DNA of 33,087 bases from Intoshia linei. Lineage: Eukaryota > Animalia > Orthonectida. Both the position numbers and the translations under genes were made by a program. How positions within the stretch are numbered: the stretch's first letter is position 1; each line of letters opens with the position of its first letter. Below, in pieces: positions 1-9,538 of this stretch. Where the stretch lies: assembly GCA_001642005.1 (NCBI GenBank), contig LWCA01000310.1, positions 1-33,087 of the forward strand, given 5' to 3'. Below the pieces are notes generated by a model. The model did not search any database. It saw only the letters and a list, made by a program, of their open reading frames with translations, and was not told where the DNA came from.

Positions 1-377
1 ATTATAATATAAAATTTTTCATCATCATATTTACAAGACGTTGGATAAGATTTTCTAAATTTGATAGTAAATTCATCGTTACATTCTATCAACATATACG
101 CTCTTAAAATTGTCTATAAATATAAAATTGAAGAAATTCTACAAAAAATAAAAATTACATTTAATCTAAATTGATAAAATAACATTGTATTATTGGTTAT
201 TTGATGAATTGGTGTTAAGTATTCATTCAATCTGAAATAAAAAGATAAAACAAATGATTTTTCCAATCTGATGATAAAATTTATATTTTTGATTATTTTA
301 AATTTTTTGTCATTTTTGAATTTGATAATAATTTCATTACAAGTTGTATTTCTTATATGATACAACTTATTTATTTT
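1..377 (-). CDS. Possible spliced gene of unknown function, truncated at the window's left edge
   Basis: On the minus strand an acceptor (tttag) opens an exon at 377..159 (KINKLYHIRNTTCNE...FRLN). A 45-nt GT..AG intron follows at 158..114, then an in-phase exon 113..1 (TILRAYMLIECNDEFTIKFRKSYPTSCKYDDEKFYII) that is open to the edge. No recognisable homology. Confidence 0.3.
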
Positions 378-427
378 CTAAACATTTTATTATATTTTCA
401 TTAAATTGTATCATATATGCGAAAAAC

Positions 428-714
428 AAGGGTCACGACTTATAAGTACTAAGGGTCACCAGTTTTACCATACAAAGAATATACGAAAGTAAAATTTGTC
501 AAAATCAAATATTCATAGTGCAGGAATTATACTAATCATTTCTTAATGAAGCTAAATATAATAAATATGGTGTATTTATAGGATTTTCACTAGATTCCAC
601 ACTATGAGGAAAAATATTTAGGTTCTTACTAGCACGTGCAATTTTAAAACTTTTTGATAAACTGCCGAACACTCTTAACCATTTATTTCATTATAGTCCG
701 TAAGTCATGACCTG
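428..714. mobile_element. Degenerate MITE-like element with imperfect terminal inverted repeats
   Basis: aagggtcacgacttataagtacta (~428-451) is an imperfect reverse complement of tagtccgtaagtcatgacctgt (~694-715). No clear TSD. Confidence 0.35.
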
Positions 715-1120
715 TATTCTAATTGAGGATTCCAAATACTGTCTTATAGTAAATTTATTTATACTTCATTTGTTACATCAAGTATTCCAGTAAATAAGTT
801 TTTTTCATATATATTAAAATTTATCCATATTTTTCCACAAAAACTTGAGCATCCTAGATTGTCGTTTTTTGCTAAATATTGTATTACGATGCAAATTTTT
901 TATTATTATACATAATTTTCAACTTAACTGTTATGGACTTAATTTCTAATTCTATCTTTAAGTTTAAGTTAATTACCTAAGTTTAAATTGAGTCACCATT
1001 AAATTACAAAATATTTGAACAATAAAAATAAACAAATACCACCTTATATATACAATTTATTAAGAAAAGCGTCATCTACCATAAATAAACTTAAACGGAG
1101 TTTCAGTTTGTTAAAAAAAA

Positions 1121-2047
1121 TTGTTAACAAAAACATAAGCAATTCTTACAAAATTTGATATTCATATTAATATATTTCAAACGTACCATGCAAAGTAAAT
1201 ATATAAATTTAATTTCAAAGATTCTTATTTACAAATCTAATACCATTTGTTATATTTGATTAGACGTACAATCCACATTTTTTTGAAATTGTAAAATCAG
1301 TATTTATATTTTCAATTTTAATCCAAATATTTATCAAATATTGGTTGATAATATATTAAAAATTATTTTTCACCTAGAATGCGTAGATTTCTAGGGTTGA
1401 AATTTTGTGTTTATATCAACTGGAATAAGCTCTATCAAAATAATTTGTTTTTTTAATTTTCGGACTATTTAATTTCAAAAAATTATACTTTTAAAGCCAA
1501 AACCACAAATTACTCTTCGTTTTTATTTTTTAATGATTACAGCCCTATAATTTCAAAAAATTTACAAGTAGTATAGTTGTATCTTAACACACACAGAAAA
1601 TTTCAATCCGAATAAGTGACGACTTCATCATCAAAAAAGCATTTTAGTATTCATATATTTTTTTTCCGAATTATTTTATTATAACAATAACTGTGAAATA
1701 ATTAAAAAAAATGATTATTATGTATGGTAGAATAAAAATGTGTCCTCGGCAGAGCTAGGTACTGTTTTTACGTAGTACATAACATAAGCCTAGTTAAAGT
1801 ATAATCTTTATTATGGATAATACTTACTACATAATTCAAGAGCTGTATTATTGTCTTGGCTGTATATGTAGCCACAAATACACTGAAAGTTTAATAAGAT
1901 TGTTAAAACAAGAAATTCTTTATAAATGCAATTGATATTCATAATAATATATTTGAAACGCAGTATGCAAAGTAAATATAGTATATATAAACATGATATC
2001 GTAAATATGAACTTATTTTCAAAGATTGTTATTTACAAAACTAATAA
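1121..2047 (+). repeat. Pair of diverged ~120-150 bp direct repeats (about 1121-1241 and 1900-2047)
   Basis: Both copies share ttgtta..a, ttgatattcata.taatatattt.aaacg, atgcaaagtaaatata and ttcaaagatt.ttatttacaaa.ctaata. Confidence 0.6.
1260..1705 (+). repeat. Dispersed repeat family copy (segment R1 ~1260-1466, segment R2 ~1470-1705)
   Basis: R1 (ggttgataat...aactggaataagctctatca...ttttcggact) recurs inverted at ~2199-2400 and ~11420-12515, and its end recurs at ~14975-15009. R2 (aagtgacgacttca...caaaaaagcattttagtattcat) recurs at ~15010-15230 (-) and ~17460-17597 (+). Confidence 0.7.
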
Positions 2048-2198
2048 AATTATTACATTCTAGTATTCCTATATTTTTTAACATATAGTCTATTTATTAT
2101 ATACTGTAGTACAATGCATATTATATAGAAATTTTATTTAAAACTTTATTATTATTAACATATTTACATTATTATTGTAAACATGTGCAATGCACATG

Positions 2199-2447
2199 GT
2201 CCGAAAATTATAAAAAAAGTTTAATCTGATCAAGCTTATTCCAGTTAATATAATTACAAAATTTCAACCTCAGAAATTTACGCATTCCCAATGAAAAATA
2301 ATTTTTAATGTATTATCAACCAAGATTTTTTAAAAATTTTCAATTAAAATAAAAATATTGATCTTATAATTTCAAAATAAATGTGCATTGAATGTCTACA
2401 CATTACCAATAAAAAAATATAAATAAAAATATAATTCATTCCTTCGT
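2199..2447 (-). repeat. Inverted copy of dispersed repeat segment R1
   Basis: gtccgaaaatta...agcttattccagtt...aaaatttcaacc...tatcaaccaa is the reverse complement of ~1260-1466. Confidence 0.7.
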
Positions 2448-2637
2448 AATTTTTCTGGAATTTATGCTAATTAAAACAATTTTTGGGATTGGACTGTTTT
2501 TAGTGTATTTGGCCCTCCAAAAAATATGTCCACCCTAGTAGTCATAAATACGTATTTTTGATAATTAAAGTTCTAAATACATTTAAATGACAAATTTGTT
2601 TTATAACTTTTGAAAATAAATCATAATTTTAGAACTA

Positions 2638-3046
2638 CAGTATAACCCCGCTTTGGGGTACCATTTTTTGAAAAGTGCCCCAAAAACAGGGGTTTTAGTA
2701 AGTTATCTAATTTCTCATTAAATATTCAAACTATTGCAATACATTAATAGTTACTTTCTAATCTGGAATAGTAATTAATAGTTTATCAGATACTAAAATA
2801 TATGCATGAATAAAAATTAATGTTATGATAAACATATGAAAATGTTTAAATAGTTATAATGTAAATGCATCACTATAGGAATTATATTTATTATTTACAA
2901 CATTTTTGCTTCAAAAGCGGGGTTAATTTCACATATATTACTATGCCATCGATATAAATACTATAAAATTAACATAATTCTAAAACAGTGCCCTAAAACA
3001 CGAGTATGCCCCACACCGAGGTTTGTCCAACAGCGGGGTCGGACTG
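2638..3046. mobile_element. Tc1/mariner(pogo)-type MITE, 409 bp
   Basis: The left end CAGTATAACCCCGCT matches the right-end reverse complement CAGTCCGACCCCGCT at 12/15 positions. TA flanks lie at 2636-2637 and 3047-3048, and there are subterminal gtgccc.aaaa repeats. Confidence 0.7.
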
Positions 3047-3176
3047 TATTAGAAATTTCGTTTGTAGGTAACATAAAATACGTATTTTCTACGTATAAAA
3101 TATGGCTACACTACCTAAGGCTGCACTTTTAATAATGATTATGTAAATATAAAATTAAAAATAGATTTTATTTATA

Positions 3177-5476
3177 TTAACTAGACAATTCTTCAGATTC
3201 GTTAATTTCATTACTACTTTTTTTGTTCAAAGTTCTTTTTCGATGTCGACCTAAAAATAAAATGATGATTAATTTCCTATACTAATGAAAATCTTGATAA
3301 AATTTTTTGTGGACATACAATTTAATTTCAAATAGGTTTTATAAAATTTAAGTTATTATCCCAAAAATCAAGATCTAAAGACTCATAATTATGACGCAAT
3401 CAAGACACAACCACTAAAATAACATTTCCAAATATGATATGGGCAGATACACAATAAGTGACTTATTTTAATTATCTTCTAGAGTAATTACATAGCCTTT
3501 ATCATTTATTTATCCCAGAAATAACAAAATGACAAATATAACTATAGATTAAAAAACGTTTTTATTGACTATAGAATATATTCAATTGTAAATAATGCAG
3601 CTGAATACAAAAAAAAATTTATTTTTTTATACAACTCATTAAAATATACAAACAATTTTAAATTTTCTCCACAAACAAAGCAAAAATATAAGTTTTTGGT
3701 AAAAAAATTAAGAAAACTACAAAAATAAACTTAAATTTAGCCATTTTTTTGTTAAATACTTAATTGATAATTGATATTAATTAAAAAACATAAATTTCTA
3801 ATAAATTCAGTATAGTAAAATTGATGCTGCACTAAATTTAAAATATAATTCCTTGTCAATGTTCATTGATTGTTTTATTATAACATTTTGATTATTACTT
3901 ACACTGTGTCTTCGAAAAACTATTTTAAATGGATAGAGTGGAGCGTTGATGAATTTTTTGGCTGTAAAAAGATATTTTCATAGAAAGTTTGGAATTCACT
4001 GATACAACTAAACAGTGAAAGTAACAAAATATATTATTTATCGACTTCTGACATAATAAGTTTAATTAAAAAAATGTAGTTATTCATTGAATTAATTTTT
4101 AAATATATATGCGACGTAGTCGAAAAAATATATTGCTAAAAAGGGGGGCGGTAGATAAAATTAGTTTGGGAACCCCTGGTCTAACCTGTCAATAATGAAC
4201 TCTAAATTCCAGATTCATTATTAATGTTAAATTTTTCAATTTTTATTTGTCTCAATAATGAAGTTCATGTCATAAATGTTTTTGTTTTTCTGTTGAAAAG
4301 TTACATATTTTACAAATTAGTTTTATTAATTACAACATAAAAGTCATTTTATTACGTTTTTATCAAAATACCTTCCTAGTATATCGCATTAGAGGTTCGC
4401 GATAAATTTTGTAATTTATTAGCGTTCCGACGTGAAAAAAGTGTGGTAACCCTACCATAATTTACATAAGTAATTTACACTACCATAACGTATAACGTTA
4501 TACTTTTGACTAAAACTCGTTCATTATAAACAGGTTAGACCAGTGATTCCCAACCTGTGGGTATTTACCCACGAGTGGGTTATCGCAAAATTTTTTTATT
4601 TTTTTTGTATCGCATACACAGTAACGTATGTAATATAATTTTTTCCATTGAGTCTTTCAGAGTCAAAAACAAAATTTTCTCTTTTGTAAAATTAGTTTTT
4701 TTAAAAATTTTAATTAAATTTACTTTTAAAAAAATGATATGGCTTATTCTAAAAACCTGACCAGCCAAAATAAAGTTAAACAATATAGTGGGTAATATCA
4801 AAATAAGTTCTATAATATTGATAATTTAGTACAAAAAGTTGGGAAACACTGGGTTAGACTGTACATCAATATTGTGAATAAATAAAATCTACCTGGTCTT
4901 CCACCATTCAATGGCGAATTCTTGGAAATGCGTAAATGTTTTTCAGCGTCAACTGTGACTGTAAAGGAAGGTACAGTAACCATTCGGTCACGAACACTAA
5001 AAAAATTAAATAACAATCTAAAAAAAGCATACACAAAGTGTCTTTGTCGAATCAACACACGTGATTCGTGGATCGATTTCGTAAGGCTGTTGCAATTTGC
5101 GATGGTTTGTAATCGACGATCCAAAAAGTTTTCAATTCGTAAAGATAAAATATCATCTAGTGACATTAATTGATCAGTTTTATTTAAAATTCCTAATCTA
5201 GCCAATCTTCTAATTAGAGCATTTCCTATAATATATTTAAAATCAAACTAAACAATACAAAATACCTTCAAATAATCTTTTTGGGTCTTTGTTATCCAAT
5301 TTTAATAATTCTCGAGAAGCTTTTCGTATTTTTGCAAGTTTAAACTTTTCACGCCAGACTTCTCGTTTACATTTCAATCCATACTTTCCCATTAGTTCCA
5401 ATTCTTGGTCCAAACGTTCTTTTTCAAAAGGACGCCTAGGTGTAGCACACGTCTTTTTACATTTAGTTCTAACCAT
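3177..5476 (-). CDS. RPS9: 40S ribosomal protein S9 (uS4), 4 exons, 193 aa
   Basis: Exons are 5476-5266, 5225-5033, 4996-4893 and 3250-3177, joined by GT-AG introns of 40, 36 and 1642 nt; the spliced CDS is 582 nt. Motifs [59 protein letters not shown] and GGRPGR are diagnostic for uS4/S9. Confidence 0.97.
4541..4851. mobile_element. hAT (Charlie-like) MITE in RPS9 intron 3, 311 bp
   Basis: TIRs are CAGTGATTCCCAAC and GTTGGGAAACACTG, with a perfect 8-bp TSD GGTTAGAC at 4533-4540 and 4852-4859. Confidence 0.88.
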
Positions 5477-5718
5477 AATTGTAATTCACGTGAAACTGTT
5501 TGAACGATAATTTAGTGTTATTCAAAACAAATTTAATTTTATTCCAATTTTTCAATATACAATAAAGGTTAGATCATATTAATTATTATAAAATTTATTC
5601 TGTAAAAAAAATTATGAATTTGAAATTTCAACGGATTATATATAAATATAAAATTTATTATAATCATTTTGAGGGTAAATGTTTTATTGGAATAAATAAT
5701 TAAAAAATTAAAAACAAG

Positions 5719-8123
5719 TCAATTTTGGATATATGGAATAATTTCATCCTTAACTTTGTCTAAAGAATTTTTAAAGAATTCAGATTTAGCTTCAATATTT
5801 TCTCGTTTTATCCAATGGCTATAAATCTTGAGAGCACCTTTATCAACCATGTTTCTATATTTTCGCACAGAATAAATTGAAGCATTGTCTTTGGGAACAT
5901 TATATACATTGTGGCTTTTTTTGGTAATATTACAAAGTCGGTGGCAGAAAATAACAGCAATAAAAGTTGACTATTGAAAGATTAAATCATTTTAAAATAA
6001 AAATCTCAATTGACAAAAACCTTTAGTTTTATCCGTTTAGTTTGTTTGTCCGTATTTTGTTGGTAAATCTAATGAGAAAGTTAGACAAATTTAAAATTAA
6101 TTATAACCCCTTCATATAGATAAAATTGGTGCTTCATAACATTTTCAGCTAAAATATATTTCATTGTACAGCCAAATCAATGAAAATTTAGATACATGTA
6201 TATCTAAATTTACCTGTAATTCGGGTGTGTTGGTTGGTATTAAAAATTTCTTCTAGCTATGAGTAGTATTAGAATCAATGTAAAGCTAACAAAAAGCATA
6301 TACCACTTGTTTTAAAACGTCGGATGTACGTTCATAACAATAATCTGTTTTGTTGTATTTTGCTTCACAAATACTACGATACATGGCTAATTCGGAATGT
6401 TTATAAAAGGGTAAACGTCCTGTTATCCTAATAAATGAAATTTATTTTGATGATAGTTGCATATTACATAAAATACAATACTACACCAGTGGACCATCTA
6501 AAAAAATTTGAAAAATAGTTTTAATTTTTTGAAATACATGTCAACTGATCTTCCGTATCCTTTTGTGTAGTTATTCATGGGTAATCGTACGATTTCTATA
6601 ATAAATTAAAGTTGGCTATTAAAATAATAACCAGGTGCAAAATATGGAGGACTTCCACATACTTCTAAATATACATATTAAGTATTGAAAAATATATCTT
6701 AAAAGTAGTGTAAATAAATTAAAATTTAAAAATTGATTAAAAGGTCAACGCTTTAACCATATATAATATACTAATAGAAAAATTAAAATAATTATTTTTA
6801 ATGGCGCCATTTCTAATATTTTTGATACAGGTAATATTTAATCAATTTCTGTAACTACTATCACAATTATTGAAATTTTTCCCCAATTTTATTTGGCGCC
6901 ATTTCTAATATTTTTCATACAGGTAATATTTAATCAATTTCCGTAATTACAATCACAATTTTTATTTTTTTTCCAATTTTATTGGCGCCATTTCTAATAT
7001 TTTTCGTACAGGTAATATTTAATCAATTTCCGTAATTACAATCATAATTTTTTTTCCAATTTTATTTAGCGCCATTTTTAATATTTTTGATACAGGTAAT
7101 ATTTAATCAATTTCCGTAACTACTATCACAATTATTGAAATTATTTCCCAATTTTATTTGGCGCTATTTCTAATATTTTTGATACAGGTAATATTTAATA
7201 AAATTAGTAACCACAATCACAATTATTTATATTTTTTTTCTATTTTAACTGATATCATTTCTAATGTTCTGTGTGATTTACTCAAATTGGTTTCTAATCA
7301 ATTTAGACTAAATTTTAAAACGTAAAAATAAACCTGTCAAATTGTTGTCACTACATTCAGCTGCGAATCCTAAATCGCTAATTTTAAGAGTAAACGCAGA
7401 ATTTATGAGTACATTTTCAGGCTAAAAATATAAAAACCATCAAACCATAAAACCTTTATATCTCGATGAACTATACTCACAGAATGCAAATAATTGACTC
7501 CATTAAATATTTGGTATGAAAATTTTCTAAATTGAATAAATTTAAAAAGCTAAGCTACTTATTAATATTGGAGTTACCTGGCTTGTTTTTCTGTAAAATT
7601 TGGAGTTTCACGCATGTAATCAAAAAGTTCACCTAATGAGCATCTACAATTTATGTATACTAACAAGTAACAACAATAAATACAATTCCATAACTAGATA
7701 TTGCGTTGTTGGTGTGCTGTAATAGTCAAATACCCTGACTAAAATAATGATGAATGAGATTGCGATGTTAAAACAAATAAATGATAAACGCACTATAAAT
7801 AATGAAATTTTTATCATTACGCAAATTTTTATGTTTAAAATTGGACAATATTTTTGCTTCAAAGGAACAACATTTAATCATGCGTTCCCTCTCTTCTCCA
7901 GAATTGCATTCATTCAAATCAATGATTTTACAGGCATACCGATTTTTTGTTTCTTTTGATACAGCCTCCTTGACCTTGCACGTCATACCACTAGCATAAA
8001 GAAAACCATGTAAAAATGATGGTACAGTTAAAAAGGATATAATTATATAAAAACCAACCTGCCTAATCGAACATTGATAACGTACCGATCAAAAATGTTT
8101 AATTTTCGCTGAATTTCAATCAT
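5719..8123 (-). CDS. PHKG: Phosphorylase b kinase gamma catalytic subunit, 14 exons, about 381 aa
   Basis: Exons are 8123-8059, 7990-7821, 7738-7684, 7643-7578, 7526-7454, 7421-7334, 6664-6632, 6595-6538, 6497-6468, 6427-6304, 6256-6214, 6148-6108, 6068-6021 and 5970-5719. All introns are GT-AG and in phase (1146 nt CDS). Kinase motifs: LGSG, YACK, GELFDY, HRDIKPEN, SDLG, EVCGSPPYFAPE, GYGRSVDIW. The C-terminal YSVRKYRNMVDKGALKIYSHWIKR matches the PHKG calmodulin-binding tail ([24 protein letters not shown] type). Confidence 0.88.
6801..7266 (+). repeat. Tandem array, ~84-92 bp unit, 5 full copies plus a partial copy, in PHKG intron 6
   Basis: The unit ggcgccatttctaatattttt.atacaggtaatatttaatcaatttc.gtaa.tac.atcacaatt...ccaattttattt starts at about 6803, 6895, 6984, 7068 and 7160, with a partial copy at ~7251. 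Confidence 0.93.
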
Positions 8124-8415
8124 ACTAATGTATTAACAAAAATTATGCACAAATTGATTCAATCAACACTACAATAATGAAATTATAATGAATTTATCAG
8201 CCAAATTGAACGTTAAATTACGTTAGTCTGTCAATAAATTCGATCTGAATTTGGAATAAACTCAAATACAATTCAAATTAAAATCAATTGTAAATAGTGT
8301 GAAACATTAATGTAATTTATGCTTTCAATGATATAAAATACCTATTATAATTTTAAAATTTCTACGAGACATAAAAGTAAAAAAATAAAAAAGTTCATTT
8401 CACTATTGCCATAAG
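8124..8415. promoter_or_regulatory. Putative bidirectional promoter between PHKG and TACO1
   Basis: The two start codons (8123 on -, 8416 on +) diverge across only 292 bp. Inferred from gene arrangement; no motif identified. Confidence 0.5.
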
Positions 8416-9487
8416 ATGTTGAGACTGGGTTACAGATTTAGAATTTTCAGAAGTTTTCAAACATGCGCACATTTGAACGCTGGTCATAACAAATGGTCTA
8501 ATATTAAACACACTAAAGCATCCAAGGACGCTGCACGCTCAATAGTTATATCCAAGTTTTGTATGCGATTAAAAAAATGTTTAATTAGTAAGTCAGTAAC
8601 CAATTCTTATTTAACCTTATATTTATATTATTAGAGGGCGATAACCCTGAAACTAACCTTGATTTGGCTAAACTATTGATAGATGGTAAAAAATTACAAG
8701 TACCAGCAAATACAATTAAAAATCTGTTTCTTTTACGTGTAAGTAAAATATATTTGTTTCACAATGTTGAATAATTCAAAATTTGTAGCAAAAACGACTA
8801 GATAGTTCACAAGTTGAATATATTGATGTTATGGGACCCGAAAATACGTTTCTGATTGTGGAATCCTTTACCAATAACAAACGAAGAACCATTATGCATA
8901 TTCGAAAAATCATAAAAAGTGCAGGGTATATTTTATTTATGAATTATGCACAATTTTTGACATCTTTATACTTTTTTAAATTGATTTGGTTTTCTTACGC
9001 TAAAATTGTGCATTTTAATACCACCCCTAGAATCATTTAGAGGACGCATAGCTGATGAAGGCGGTTTAGCTTTTCATTTTGAACTGAAGGGAACTGTTTC
9101 AGTGGACAAAATTGATTGTGATTTAAATCTTGAACAACTTACAGATGTTGCAATCGGTATCAACCATTTTAAAGTATACTTAATTACTTTTTATTCAGAA
9201 GTAAATGCAGAAAATGTAGAAGAAAATGAATATACCTATGAGGTAAATACTAATTTCATTCAATTACATTTATATAGTTTATTTGCCAACCCAATGACGT
9301 TAATTCTGTCAAAGAAAAATTAGAAAAAACTTTAACATTGACTGATTTGTCATTCAAATCTATACATACCGCCAAAAATAAAATTACCTTACAACCAGAT
9401 AAATTAGATGTGTTTAATTTTGTAATTGAAAGTTTAATGGAGAATGAAGACATTGTTAATGTTGTACATAACGTTAAAGGTTTATAG
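8416..9487 (+). CDS. TACO1: Translational activator of cytochrome c oxidase 1 (YebC/PmpR family), 6 exons, about 260 aa
   Basis: Exons are 8416-8587, 8635-8738, 8789-8925, 9041-9156, 9199-9242 and 9278-9487 (783 nt). An Arg-rich N-terminal presequence-like segment precedes AGHNKWSNIKHTK; further motifs are NPETNLDL, GPENTFLIVESFTNNKRRT, FELKG and EDIVNVVHN. AATAAA lies at 9491. Confidence 0.92.
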
Positions 9488-9538
9488 TATAATAAAATTA
9501 TAAAAACATTTTTAATGTATACAGCTTAAAAATATGAA

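Noticed and set aside
4557-4801. ORFs 4557-4760 (+) and 4580-4801 (-)
   Set aside because: Both lie inside a 311-bp MITE and encode low-complexity F/K/I/L sequence typical of AT-rich non-coding DNA.
3251-4892. Intronic snoRNA in the RPS9 long intron
   Set aside because: No convincing sense-strand C/D box pair or H/ACA structure was seen by eye; an Infernal search would be needed.
4922-5510. Antisense ORFs over RPS9 (and similar ones over PHKG, TACO1, the receptor, Tc1 and MAP3K4)
   Set aside because: These are shadow frames of real coding exons with no independent motifs.
6184-6211. Near-palindrome aaatttagatacatgtatatctaaattt in a PHKG intron
   Set aside because: It is short and AT-rich with no further support for function.
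6801-7266. CRISPR-like repeat array
   Set aside because: Whole units are homologous with no unique spacers, the array sits in a eukaryotic intron, and there are no cas genes.
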